From positions 1 to 55,467 of IMG/VR virus record IMGVR_UViG_3300033145_000719: a DNA stretch of 55,467 nucleotides; one strand, given 5' to 3'. Numbering within the stretch: the stretch's first letter is position 1; each line of letters opens with the position of its first letter. The stretch is from a virus (taxonomy: Duplodnaviria; Caudoviricetes). A program made the position numbers and the translations under genes. Positions 1 through 9,189 of this stretch are shown in pieces. A model generated the notes under the pieces. The model made no database searches. It was given only the letters and a program-made list of their open reading frames with translations, and had not been told where the DNA came from.

Positions 1-42
1 AAACTATTTTTAAAGGAAAAGGGGGAAAAAAAAAAAAAAAAA

Positions 43-342
43 ATGAATAAAAAAGAGTTAGTATTAGAGAAGCGGAACTGGGGAAAAGCTGAGGAGGATG
101 GAATCACTGTCAGCTTGTACCCCGAGCGTGTGTACAAAACACAGCACGGGTACGAATGGCAGTATAGAGTAATGAAAGAAAAGTGGCAACTGGCCGATAG
201 AAGAGAAGGCTGGTTGCGGCCGACTTACAGGCGTATTGATAACAAGATCGTAATCACTACGCCTGATTATGAAAAGGCCCTACGTGCCGCCAAAATAGAG
301 GCGGAAAAGTTGGGGTTAGAAGAAGTAGAAGAGGAGGTGTAA
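43..342 (+). CDS. Hypothetical early protein
   Basis: 99-aa ORF co-oriented and tightly packed with downstream genes. Confidence 0.65.
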   Translation: MNKKELVLEKRNWGKAEEDGITVSLYPERVYKTQHGYEWQYRVMKEKWQLADRREGWLRPTYRRIDNKIVITTPDYEKALRAAKIEAEKLGLEEVEEEV

Positions 343-346
343 GAAA

Positions 347-895
347 GTGAAGAAAATCGGGGGAGGTCTCATGGGAACCATCTACGACGACGGAACTCAT
401 GTAGTGAAAATCATACATAAAAACCCACGTGACCGCTACGGCGATCCCTTCCCACGAGAATATGCGATCGCGAACGAGAGACGGGCGATCGCATACAACC
501 AAAGTTGCCCGGAGGAGTTCCGGCTTTTCCCAGAGACTACCGAAATAGCTCCGGGGAAGTTCCGAAAGGAAAAGCTCTTTCCCGTGGACATAGAAAAAAC
601 TACACGGGAAGAGAAGCTGCGCTTCGGTGCAGCAATAATACACATGCTCCGTTCGGGCTTCGGTCTCGTGGATGGTATTCAGGTTATGGCTAATGAGGAT
701 GGTCGCCTGTTCATCTGCGACGCCGATAGTTTCATAGAGATTTCAGAACTGCCAGTCGAGACCCAGAACCGTATAGCATACGGTGTGAATTTCTTCATAG
801 CACGTAAGCTGGGGATCGGCGTATGGATCACCAGGTACTGTACTATCGAAAAAACCATTGCTGCTTTTGAAAAGGGAAAGGAGGGAGGCAAATGA
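347..895 (+). CDS. Minimal protein-kinase-like protein
   Basis: IGGGLMGTIY Gly-rich loop, VVK lysine, ANE helix-C-like Glu, LVDGIQVM and ICDAD at catalytic-loop and DFG-like positions; GGAGG RBS before GTG. Confidence 0.55.
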   Translation: MKKIGGGLMGTIYDDGTHVVKIIHKNPRDRYGDPFPREYAIANERRAIAYNQSCPEEFRLFPETTEIAPGKFRKEKLFPVDIEKTTREEKLRFGAAIIHMLRSGFGLVDGIQVMANEDGRLFICDADSFIEISELPVETQNRIAYGVNFFIARKLGIGVWITRYCTIEKTIAAFEKGKEGGK

Positions 896-1296
896 AAAGT
901 TGCAAGGAACGTATTAACCAGGAATACGAGGGCAGAATTGAAGACCTGCGTAAGCTGTTTTATGCCTACCAGGAGGGGGAGGAGGACAAATACGCCGATG
1001 AGCTAGGGACCTTCCCAGAGTATGGGTTGGCGTTCGATTATGTGGCACCAAACACGTTTAAAGACCAGCCGGAAGGTTACTTTAGGTACCAACTCAGTTG
1101 GGGCGGACCAAGCGACGAGTTCAGGTTTTATGCCTGCCCCGAAAGTACTTTCCCTAAACGAATCGAGTACTGGTTCCTGGACTGGTTCGACGGGGCTTGT
1201 CTCGAAGTTACAGGAGAAGATTATGACCTGCTATCGGAAATATGGCAGTTTTTTCAAGAGATAGGCACTGTTTTTGCTGAAGAAGAGGTGTTTTAG
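892..1296 (+). CDS. Conserved phage hypothetical protein (LSWGGPS motif)
   Basis: RBS, ATGA overlap with the upstream gene, acidic 134-aa ORF. Confidence 0.75.
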   Translation: MKSCKERINQEYEGRIEDLRKLFYAYQEGEEDKYADELGTFPEYGLAFDYVAPNTFKDQPEGYFRYQLSWGGPSDEFRFYACPESTFPKRIEYWFLDWFDGACLEVTGEDYDLLSEIWQFFQEIGTVFAEEEVF

Positions 1297-1330
1297 GGTG
1301 GGACTTGATACCTACAAGGAGGTGTAAAAA

Positions 1331-1468
1331 GTGCAAAGTCTTAGGATAAATATTATTGCAAACATACAGAATGACCGCACAACAGAAGAGTTTTTAGAAG
1401 AACTGGAAGAAATGTTAAATGAATACACGGATGGAAATTGGTTTTTTACATATAAAGAGGAAGACTAG
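1331..1468 (+). CDS. Small hypothetical protein (45 aa)
   Basis: AAGGAGGTG RBS then GTG; ends at a terminator hairpin; below the ORF-track cutoff. Confidence 0.55.
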   Translation: MQSLRINIIANIQNDRTTEEFLEELEEMLNEYTDGNWFFTYKEED

Positions 1469-1492
1469 CCGGGATTAAGGTTCCCGGCTTTT
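1467..1492 (+). terminator. Rho-independent terminator
   Basis: AGCCGGGA/TCCCGGCT stem followed by a T run. Confidence 0.65.
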
Positions 1493-1525
1493 AAATTTTT
1501 AAAAATTACAGGAGGTGCTTTTAAA

Positions 1526-3127
1526 GTGACTACCTTGAGGGAAGCTGCTGAAGAGAGATTTTCCACTGTGAAGGAGGTGCTAGCAGCGGTTATCGACGTC
1601 AGCACATATGACTTGACCAGATTCAAACATCTGGTTGAGGTCTACGCTAAAGCAAAGCAACATTTATTTGACTTATTTGGAGGTAGGTTACGGATGGAAA
1701 CACCCGTAGACATGCACCTAACATCAGATGAAACAAAAGCCTACCTTATCCGTTTCCACAGAGACCTTATTTGTGCAGGAGTACCTGTTGCTGCACGAGA
1801 CAATATCTACAACTTTCTCAGGATTTTACACCCTTTGGATATTGTGGAAAACCGTCTCTGTGCAGAGACGGTTGCTTGGTTTAACGATACTCCTCTCAAA
1901 GTTTTCCCAAAAGAATACCTTCCACAGAAACTGCAGGAAGGCATGAAACCATCCAGGCTTATGTTAAGGTTCGTTGATGACCCTGTTATGAAAAACACCG
2001 TTGGACAGATTTATTCCAGATATATACCGCTTTTCAAAGCCAAAGGAAAAGTGGTTGTTTCCATTGACCCTTTGGATTTACTTTTCATTAGTGAAAATGG
2101 GATAAAGTCATGCCACAGCCTTACCAGCGGATGTTACAGGGCCGGTAATTTAGCATACCTCCTGGACGGTGTGACTGCTGTGGCATATTACTACCGCAGT
2201 ACAACTCCTTGGAATTGTGGCAATGTCACGGTTGAAGAACCTTGGAAAATCTGGAGGCAGTTGGTGTTCATAGATATACTTAACCGCTCAGCTGTCTTCC
2301 AGAAGCACTACCCAGAGCAACATGAACTACCAGCAGCTGCAGCACGGCGGTTGGTGGCTCATGCTCTGGCTCAGTATTATGGTACTGAGCCTAAATGGAC
2401 AATTAAGAGGGACCCAGTAGAAGGTAGCCGTTACTTTATCAAGAAAGGCACCGACGCGTTTTACTTGGACGCGGCGGCAGAAGTTATTCGCCTTAATGAC
2501 AAAGGAGGAGCGCTGGACGTTGATGTAGGCAGAGAGCCGTTCTGCCTACTTTGCGGCAATGAGTTATGCACAACAGAGGATCTCATTTGCTCCTCTTGCA
2601 ATAATTCAGTTACCTGCGCAGCGTGCGGCGAAGCTGTGGACACTGATTATGCGTATTACTACGAGGGCAATCCTTACTGTGAGTATTGTTGGAATGAACA
2701 GTTTGTCTACTGCACTGTGTGTGACATAGTAGTACCAGAAGAGGATGCTCGGTACTATAACAATTGCCCATACTGTGAATGTTGTTTTGACTCACACTTT
2801 ACTGTATGTAGCATCTGCGGAGAGACTATCGCAGTCGATGCTGAAGATACTTACGAGATTGACGGAGACTACTACTGCAGCGACTGTTTTAGTGATAGGT
2901 TCTGCTGTTGTGTTATGTGTAACGCTATTATAGACACTGAAAATGACTCTATAGTTAGGGACGTAGATATGTATCCCTATTGTGAGCACTGTGCTGAGGA
3001 AGTGCTTGTGGAATGCTGCAAATGCGGTAACTATTACCGCAGAGACTATGACACTGGTATGTTTCATGAAATTAACGGACAGATATACTGTGATTCATGT
3101 AAACCTGATGAAACGGAGGTGGCTTAA
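1526..3127 (+). CDS. Uncharacterised phage protein with C-terminal tandem CxxC...CxxC Zn-ribbon repeats
   Basis: N-terminal globular domain (KSCH motif); about 7 Cys-pair repeats such as CAACGE...YCEYC and CTVCD...YCECC. Confidence 0.8.
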   Translation: MTTLREAAEERFSTVKEVLAAVIDVSTYDLTRFKHLVEVYAKAKQHLFDLFGGRLRMETPVDMHLTSDETKAYLIRFHRDLICAGVPVAARDNIYNFLRILHPLDIVENRLCAETVAWFNDTPLKVFPKEYLPQKLQEGMKPSRLMLRFVDDPVMKNTVGQIYSRYIPLFKAKGKVVVSIDPLDLLFISENGIKSCHSLTSGCYRAGNLAYLLDGVTAVAYYYRSTTPWNCGNVTVEEPWKIWRQLVFIDILNRSAVFQKHYPEQHELPAAAARRLVAHALAQYYGTEPKWTIKRDPVEGSRYFIKKGTDAFYLDAAAEVIRLNDKGGALDVDVGREPFCLLCGNELCTTEDLICSSCNNSVTCAACGEAVDTDYAYYYEGNPYCEYCWNEQFVYCTVCDIVVPEEDARYYNNCPYCECCFDSHFTVCSICGETIAVDAEDTYEIDGDYYCSDCFSDRFCCCVMCNAIIDTENDSIVRDVDMYPYCEHCAEEVLVECCKCGNYYRRDYDTGMFHEINGQIYCDSCKPDETEVA

Positions 3128-4018
3128 ATGAATATGATTAACATATTTAAAGCAAAAGCTAAAACTCTTTTGGAACGTACCCTGCTGCGTAAATTGGAAA
3201 AGGCAGGGTACATGAAGGCAGGGTACATTGTTGCAACAGGACAAGAATACATCTACGCCGAGGGCGACATTCCTGTCTTACTTGTTGCCCACGTCGATAC
3301 TGTGCACAAGAAGCCCCCGAAAAAGATTTTCCACGACCCTAAACACAATGTCCTTTGGTCTCCAGACGGTCTTGGGGCCGACGACAGGGCAGGTGTTTGG
3401 GCTATCCTGAAGCTTATACAGGATGGCTATCGTCCGCATGTCCTCTTTACAGATGGTGAAGAGAGCGGCGGGACTGGTGCTGTAGAAGTTATCGAAACAC
3501 TCGACCCACCAGATGTGAACATCATCGTAGAGCTTGACAGGAAGGGTAGTAACGACGCAGTTTACTATAACTGCGACTGCTCAGAACTCGAAGAATACAT
3601 CAGCTATTTTGGATTTGAAACAGCACGAGGTATATTTACAGACATCGTCCTGCTGTGTCCGGAATGGGGCATAGCCGGCGTGAACTTGTCAGTCGGTTAC
3701 TACAATGCTCACTCCAACGCAGAGTATTTGTGCCTGAACAAGCTTAGACGTACTATTGAACGAGTTGCTGAGATGCTGGAGAACCCGCCTAAAGAACGTT
3801 TTGAATACAAAGAAAAACCGCACAACATTATCTGTTATAAAAACGACAACCGCAGTTGTCATTTGCTGGAGAAATGTGACAGTTGCGATGACTGGTTTGT
3901 GTTTGACGAACTTTACGAAGATAATTACGGTTTGCTTTTATGCGAGTATTGTTATCAGGCGTTCTACGGCAGGCTTCCAGATAAGGAAGGAGGTGATATA
4001 CGTGAAGCTGCTAACTAA
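3128..4018 (+). CDS. M28/M20-like zinc peptidase
   Basis: AHVDTV, LGADDRAG, DGEESG, ELDRKG and YNAHS metal-binding motifs; one C-terminal CxxC..CxxC repeat. Confidence 0.85.
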   Translation: MNMINIFKAKAKTLLERTLLRKLEKAGYMKAGYIVATGQEYIYAEGDIPVLLVAHVDTVHKKPPKKIFHDPKHNVLWSPDGLGADDRAGVWAILKLIQDGYRPHVLFTDGEESGGTGAVEVIETLDPPDVNIIVELDRKGSNDAVYYNCDCSELEEYISYFGFETARGIFTDIVLLCPEWGIAGVNLSVGYYNAHSNAEYLCLNKLRRTIERVAEMLENPPKERFEYKEKPHNIICYKNDNRSCHLLEKCDSCDDWFVFDELYEDNYGLLLCEYCYQAFYGRLPDKEGGDIREAAN

Positions 4019-4304
4019 GGAACTCCGCAGAAAAATCCCGTCGCTTTACTCTACCGAGAACGATGCTGACCCTATAGTGCAGGCTAAATTCTTTACACCG
4101 GACTCTAACTGGACGTGGTACATCATAGAATTTGATGGAAAAGATATCTTCTACGGCTACGTTGTCGGTTTTGAAGCAGAATTGGGCTACTTTTCACTTT
4201 CAGAACTCGAAAACGTACGCGGTCCTTTTGGTTTGAAGGTAGAACGGGACTTGCACTTCAAACCAATACCGTTATCAAAAATCACTAGCGGGGAGGTAAC
4301 GTAA
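4002..4304 (+). CDS. DUF2958-like protein
   Basis: KFFTPDSNWTWY...ELGYFSLSEL...VERDLHF pattern; start reassigned to GTG 4002 after AGGAGGTG. Confidence 0.8.
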   Translation: MKLLTKELRRKIPSLYSTENDADPIVQAKFFTPDSNWTWYIIEFDGKDIFYGYVVGFEAELGYFSLSELENVRGPFGLKVERDLHFKPIPLSKITSGEVT

Positions 4305-4562
4305 ATGAAGTATAGAGTTCGTGATGTGGTTAGCTGGGAAGAGAAAGAAGCCATCACCGACGCAGCTATGGATGCAGTATTAGAACATGATATGATGCAG
4401 CATACACTGACGGTAATCAATATCCTCTTGAGTATACTGGAAGACATGAAAGTACCAGAACCTTTGGCAATTGTCGCATTGGACTTTGTCACAGCAGTAG
4501 TATGCACCTACGCCAAGGAACAAGGAATGGCTGTGCCTGCTACCAAGAATATAAAACATTGA
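4305..4562 (+). CDS. Hypothetical protein
   Basis: GGAGG RBS, adjacent to the upstream stop. Confidence 0.65.
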   Translation: MKYRVRDVVSWEEKEAITDAAMDAVLEHDMMQHTLTVINILLSILEDMKVPEPLAIVALDFVTAVVCTYAKEQGMAVPATKNIKH

Positions 4563-4580
4563 GAAAGGAGGGATAACTAA

Positions 4581-4751
4581 ATGGAAAAATACGACCCTAC
4601 AGCAGGCATGGTGGAAACACCTGCCGGTGTTGGTAGATACTTAAATTTTGACGCAAACACAGGTAAAGTCTTAGTGGAAATGAACTACGAAGACCTGGTA
4701 GAATTTGACGGAAGCGAATGCTATCCGGTTCTAGATAGTAAGGAGGTGTAG
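4581..4751 (+). CDS. Small hypothetical protein (56 aa)
   Basis: AAAGGAGG RBS then ATG; fills the gap between neighbouring genes. Confidence 0.6.
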   Translation: MEKYDPTAGMVETPAGVGRYLNFDANTGKVLVEMNYEDLVEFDGSECYPVLDSKEV

Positions 4752-4754
4752 TTT

Positions 4755-5021
4755 ATGAATAAAAACGAGTTGCCTTTATATATGACTGTCGAGGAAGTTG
4801 CCGAACTTTTGCGTGTAAGCCGTTCTGCGGCATGTGAATATGTGCGCCGAGGAGATATACCGTCAATTAGAGTAGGACGGTTTATCCGTGTGCCAAGAGA
4901 CCGTCTACTGTCAATGAAGCAGGATTTTGAAGACACACTGCAGAATACCTCCTCAAACACAACGAGGGGAGATACAAATAATGGCACGCGGACACATCAA
5001 GAAGTACAAAGGCAAACGTAA
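4755..5021 (+). CDS. xis: Excisionase / HTH_17 DNA-binding protein
   Basis: MTVEEVAELLRVSRS...GDIPSIRVGRFIRVP pattern; immediately upstream of the integrase. Confidence 0.85.
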   Translation: MNKNELPLYMTVEEVAELLRVSRSAACEYVRRGDIPSIRVGRFIRVPRDRLLSMKQDFEDTLQNTSSNTTRGDTNNGTRTHQEVQRQT

Positions 5022-6144
5022 AGAGAGTTGGCAGGTTGTCGTCTCTCTCGGTTGGGACCCGGAAACCGGCAGATACCGGCAGAAAAGGGTTACGGTGAAC
5101 GGTACAAAAAAGGACGCTGAACGCGTCTTACGTGAGCTTTTACAGCAGGTAGAGGATGGTACTTTTGTAGACCCAGGAAAAATCACCATAGCTGAATACC
5201 TGCACAAATGGCTGGAAACCCACAAACAGAACCTTGCACCGTCAACCTACCGCAGATATAGGGTTGCTGTAGAACAGCACATAATCCCCTGTTTAGGAAG
5301 CATACCGCTGGGCAAGCTTCAGCCGCTGCAGATACAGGATTTTCTGGCTAAAGAGCTGGAGGAAGGCAGGAAGGACAACAAGAAAAGCACAGGGCGGGGG
5401 TTGACACCCGCAACCGTGCGCTATACCTACACGGTCCTACACAAGGCGTTGAAGGACGCCGTAAAATGGCAGATGCTTTACAGGAACCCCGCAGATTACG
5501 TAACCGCTCCCAAAGCCAAACGTGAAGAGCCGGTCGTGCTGGATGAACAGCATGTTAAAAAGCTGCTGAATGAACTGAAGGGCACTTATCTCTACATGCC
5601 TACATACCTGGCCATCTACACCGGGATGAGAATGGGCGAAATTCTAGGACTGACATGGCAGGACGTTGACCTTGACCGGGGCGTCGTAACCATCAGGCAG
5701 GCAAGCATACAGCGGAACGCAGACAAACCGGAATTCGGGCAGCCGAAAACGGCTAAAAGCCGGAGGCGTGTGGACATTTCACCATCGGTAGTTAGAGAGC
5801 TGAGGGAGCACAGGAAATGCCAGCTTGAATTAAAGCTGAAAGCAGGCCCACAGTGGGAAGATTTTAACCTTGTATGCAGTCATGAGAACGGCAGGCCGGT
5901 AAACCCGCCGACCCTATCCAGCAGGTTCAGCAGGACAGCGTCTAAACTAGGGCTGCCGGTAACATTTCACGGACTGCGCCATACCCACGCCAGCCTGCTT
6001 ATAAAGGCGGGAGTACCGGCAAAGGTCATTTCCGAACGCCTAGGACACAGCAGCATAAGGACCACGATGGACACTTACGGACACCTAATGGACGGCATGC
6101 AGAAGGAAGCTGCCCGCAAACTGGAAAAGCTGTTAGATGAATGA
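4981..6144 (+). CDS. int: Tyrosine integrase
   Basis: TGMRMGE (R), PKT (K), HGLRHTHA (HxxR), LGHS and TMDTYGH (Y); N-terminal arm-binding domain; ATG at 4981. Confidence 0.96.
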   Translation: MARGHIKKYKGKRKESWQVVVSLGWDPETGRYRQKRVTVNGTKKDAERVLRELLQQVEDGTFVDPGKITIAEYLHKWLETHKQNLAPSTYRRYRVAVEQHIIPCLGSIPLGKLQPLQIQDFLAKELEEGRKDNKKSTGRGLTPATVRYTYTVLHKALKDAVKWQMLYRNPADYVTAPKAKREEPVVLDEQHVKKLLNELKGTYLYMPTYLAIYTGMRMGEILGLTWQDVDLDRGVVTIRQASIQRNADKPEFGQPKTAKSRRRVDISPSVVRELREHRKCQLELKLKAGPQWEDFNLVCSHENGRPVNPPTLSSRFSRTASKLGLPVTFHGLRHTHASLLIKAGVPAKVISERLGHSSIRTTMDTYGHLMDGMQKEAARKLEKLLDE

Positions 6145-6157
6145 ATAGAAAAATTTT

Positions 6158-6417
6158 ATGTTTGCAAAATGTTTGCAAAATGACCTCTTAAATGAAAATG
6201 GCAGGTATTTCCAACCCCGGAAACCCTGCCATTTCTAGCTTTTTTGGAGCTGATGGGGGGATTTGAACCCCCGACCTGCGCATTACGAGTGCACTGAATA
6301 GACAAACAGCACCAATACTTGTGGGCGAAAGCCCACATTTTATTATGTCTTTAGTCCATCACCGTCTTATTAGATACATGTTTTTCAGCCCAGTCTATGA
6401 CAAAGTTATGACAAAGT
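6158..6417. other. attP: attP region with putative arm-type sites
   Basis: Tandem ATGTTTGCAAA x2 (6158-6179) and TATGACAAAGT x2 (6396-6417) flank a tRNA 3' fragment directly after int. Confidence 0.75.
6245..6294 (-). pseudogene. 3' half of tRNA-Thr(CGT), attP core
   Basis: Minus strand reads GTGCA-CTCGTAA-TGCGC-AGGTC-GGGGG-TTCAAAT-CCCCC-CATCAGC-TCCA: anticodon arm, T arm and CCA; no D arm or 5' acceptor strand. Confidence 0.88.
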
Positions 6418-7218
6418 TTTGTGTGGAGGAGGTGGAACTTTCTTCTCTATACTGACTACTACACCTATGACCTGGTCCACTTCAGGATTGACTTCTATGT
6501 CCTTGTAATTGTTGTTTGCTGCTCGCAAAAAGCACTTATCATTTTCTACCACAAAATATTTTACAGTAGCTTCACCATCATTACCTACCACAGCTATTAC
6601 AAGGTCCCCATGTTCAGCAGCAGTTGTTTTCTTAATTAACAGCCTGTCCCCCGGCTCGATGCCGACATCTATAAGGCTATCTCCCTCTACAAGAAGCACG
6701 TAATCAATGTTCAGATCAGCACGAACCGGCACGTACTCCAAAATATCTTCCGTAGCAAGTTTAGGTAAGCCTGCTCTCACCTGCCCTACAACTGGTTTTA
6801 ATGTAGATACTACAGGAACTAATTTTGATGGTCGTCGCGGTTTGTTATATCGTGATATTTCGGTCTCTAATCCTAGTATTTTCTTAGTTACTGTAGACAA
6901 TTCATCTACAAGTTTTAGGTTGGTTGGACTACTTGAAACTTTACTAAGAAGCCTTTTACGCTTTTCAGTTAATCTATCTAGCTCTGTTCTAAGTTCATCT
7001 ACAGATACATTATCACTAACACTTTCTACTATAGTGTTTACATCAGTCAAATAAAGGTCTGCTATCCTCTGTACTATATCAAGCGAAGGCATCCTGCGTC
7101 CCTGCTCATACATTCCAAGAGTACTTCTACTAACTCCTAGTGAACGAGCTGCGTCATCTAAAGATAATCTGGCACGATTACGCAACTGACGTAATTTTCT
7201 ACCAAGTTCTTTACGCAT
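6406..7218 (-). CDS. cI: CI-like repressor (XRE HTH + S24 peptidase)
   Basis: N-terminal HTH, VRAGLP Ala-Gly cleavage site, GDS catalytic Ser, TVK Lys. Confidence 0.92.
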   Translation of the reverse strand: MRKELGRKLRQLRNRARLSLDDAARSLGVSRSTLGMYEQGRRMPSLDIVQRIADLYLTDVNTIVESVSDNVSVDELRTELDRLTEKRKRLLSKVSSSPTNLKLVDELSTVTKKILGLETEISRYNKPRRPSKLVPVVSTLKPVVGQVRAGLPKLATEDILEYVPVRADLNIDYVLLVEGDSLIDVGIEPGDRLLIKKTTAAEHGDLVIAVVGNDGEATVKYFVVENDKCFLRAANNNYKDIEVNPEVDQVIGVVVSIEKKVPPPPHKTLS

Positions 7219-7256
7219 AATAAATACACACTCCTATACATTATTTTATTTTAGTA

Positions 7257-7285
7257 TTGACGTAAAGGCACACATTGTGTATAAT
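7257..7285 (+). promoter_or_regulatory. sigmaA-type promoter for the cro/replication operon
   Basis: TTGACG-17 nt-TATAAT; near-palindrome ACACATTGTGT in the spacer is a possible operator. Confidence 0.8.
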
Positions 7286-7309
7286 TGCTTTTGTGAGGTG
7301 ATGATTGTT

Positions 7310-7498
7310 ATGCAATACATTCGTGAACGTCGCACTCAACTAGGATTGTCTGCTGAAAAGGCTGCTCGTAAAGCTTGTATTTCCACGTCCATGTGGGTTA
7401 AAATCGAACGTGGAGAAAGAACCCCTTCACTGCGTGTCGCACAAAAAGTCGCGTGTGTCCTACAAACAACTGTCGATGAACTGTTTACCACCTCCTAA
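7310..7498 (+). CDS. cro: Cro-like XRE HTH protein
   Basis: IRERRTQLGLS...KIERGERTPSL HTH; divergent from cI. Confidence 0.85.
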   Translation: MQYIRERRTQLGLSAEKAARKACISTSMWVKIERGERTPSLRVAQKVACVLQTTVDELFTTS

Positions 7499-7587
7499 TA
7501 TGTATTGTTATTAATATTATACACTAATTCCCTATGTGTGTATACCCCTTATGTAAAATTATGATAAGGAGGTGTGGCACCTCCAAG

Positions 7588-9189
7588 ATGGCTACACTCA
7601 TGTTAAATACTGCCAAAAACGGCAGTGTGAAAGGTTTTATTCTCAAAACAACTTATGAAGAAAGGCATATAGCAAAATCCGCTGGTGGAAGATGGGATGC
7701 TTCATTACAGTGCTGGAAACTTCCGCTTGATGTTGAGATAGATACTCTGGTGCGGAACACATATCTGTACGTGTCAGATGACGCTAGGGAATTTTTGGCT
7801 AAACAGCAGAAAACTACAGAGCACCTGGTAAAACTGCACTCAGCTAAGGACGCTATCGTCAAGTACCCACAAAGGCTAGACCCCTATCAGCGAGTTGGTG
7901 TGCGCTTCTTGGCAGATGCCGGAAGCGCTATTTTAGCCGATGAAATGGGTCTGGGCAAAACACCACAGGCTATAAGGGCTTGCAAGGAACTTGGAGCTGA
8001 GAAGGTTCTGGTTGTAACCAAAAAGAGTCTTATACACAACTGGGTTGCTGAAATACAGCGGTGGGCACGCAAGAGCAGGACTGCGGTGCTAACTACCGCA
8101 GATTCCAAGATACCGAATACGAGGTTCATAGTAACTAACTATGAGGTTGCGGTTAAACACAAAGATAAACTGCTAAAGTGTAAGTTTGACGCTCTTGTTG
8201 TTGACGAGGCTACAGCTATAAAAAACCGTAAAGCCAAGCGTACCAAAGCCTTACACAAACTTGCCAAGAACATTCCACACAAATTTCTGCTTACTGGCAC
8301 GCCTGTTCACAACCGTCCAGATGAACTGTGGTCACTGTTGCACTGTGTAAACCCTGCTAAATACACCAGCTACTGGCGCTTTGTTGGCAGGTACTGTCTT
8401 ACGGTTGAGAACTACTGGGGCGGTTTGGACATCTTGGGAGTTAAGGATCAAGGTGCTCTTGCTGCAGAATTAGCTCCGGTTATGCTCCGACGTACTAAAG
8501 AGCTCCTAAGACTACCACCTAAGAGTTTTGAGACTATCTATGTTGGTCTGACTGATACTCAGCGGCAGATATACAATGATTTGCGCACGCGTTTGTTCGT
8601 AGAACTTGAAGGAAAAACCGTAACAGCACCGTCCGTTTTGGTACAGCTTACAAGACTGCGACAGGTAGTATGCTCTCCAGCACTTATAGGCGGTCCTGAC
8701 GAAAGTGCAAAAACGGATGCACTTTTAGACATTTTGGACGACACAGCTGGTGGACATAAAATCATCATATTTACTACCTTCGCAGAATACGTGAAACTGC
8801 TTATGCTCCGCCTGGAGCCGTGGGGCACAGTCCGAATAACCGGAGATATGACTGACAAAGCCAGGTGGAATTCAGTTGAAAAGTTCCAAAACGATCCTTC
8901 TTGTAGAGTGTTGGTCGGTACAATAGGCGCTATGGGTGAAGGACTGAACCTTACTGCCGCAGACGTAGTCATATTCCTCAACCGTGAATGGGTTCCTGCA
9001 CTAAATGCTCAGGCAGAAGACAGAGCCTACCGTCGAGGACAGTCAAAGCCGGTCCACGTTATTAACTTAGTAGCTACCCAAACAGTAGACCAGCACGTAG
9101 AGAAACTCTTATCCAAAAAACGTGACGTCGTATCACAGGTAGAGGCCCTTGAAGCTATTATCACAGGACTGCGTAATGATAGTAAATAA
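7588..9189 (+). CDS. SNF2-family helicase
   Basis: LADEMGLGKT, VVDEA, LTGTP, GEGLNL and QAEDRAYRRGQ motifs. Confidence 0.93.
   Translation: MATLMLNTAKNGSVKGFILKTTYEERHIAKSAGGRWDASLQCWKLPLDVEIDTLVRNTYLYVSDDAREFLAKQQKTTEHLVKLHSAKDAIVKYPQRLDPYQRVGVRFLADAGSAILADEMGLGKTPQAIRACKELGAEKVLVVTKKSLIHNWVAEIQRWARKSRTAVLTTADSKIPNTRFIVTNYEVAVKHKDKLLKCKFDALVVDEATAIKNRKAKRTKALHKLAKNIPHKFLLTGTPVHNRPDELWSLLHCVNPAKYTSYWRFVGRYCLTVENYWGGLDILGVKDQGALAAELAPVMLRRTKELLRLPPKSFETIYVGLTDTQRQIYNDLRTRLFVELEGKTVTAPSVLVQLTRLRQVVCSPALIGGPDESAKTDALLDILDDTAGGHKIIIFTTFAEYVKLLMLRLEPWGTVRITGDMTDKARWNSVEKFQNDPSCRVLVGTIGAMGEGLNLTAADVVIFLNREWVPALNAQAEDRAYRRGQSKPVHVINLVATQTVDQHVEKLLSKKRDVVSQVEALEAIITGLRNDSK

Noticed and set aside
2540-3127. 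Diversity-generating retroelement target in the Tyr/Cys-rich repeats
   Set aside because: No reverse transcriptase and no template/variable repeat pair seen
6245-6294. Functional tRNA gene
   Set aside because: Only the anticodon arm to CCA is present; position next to int fits an attP core
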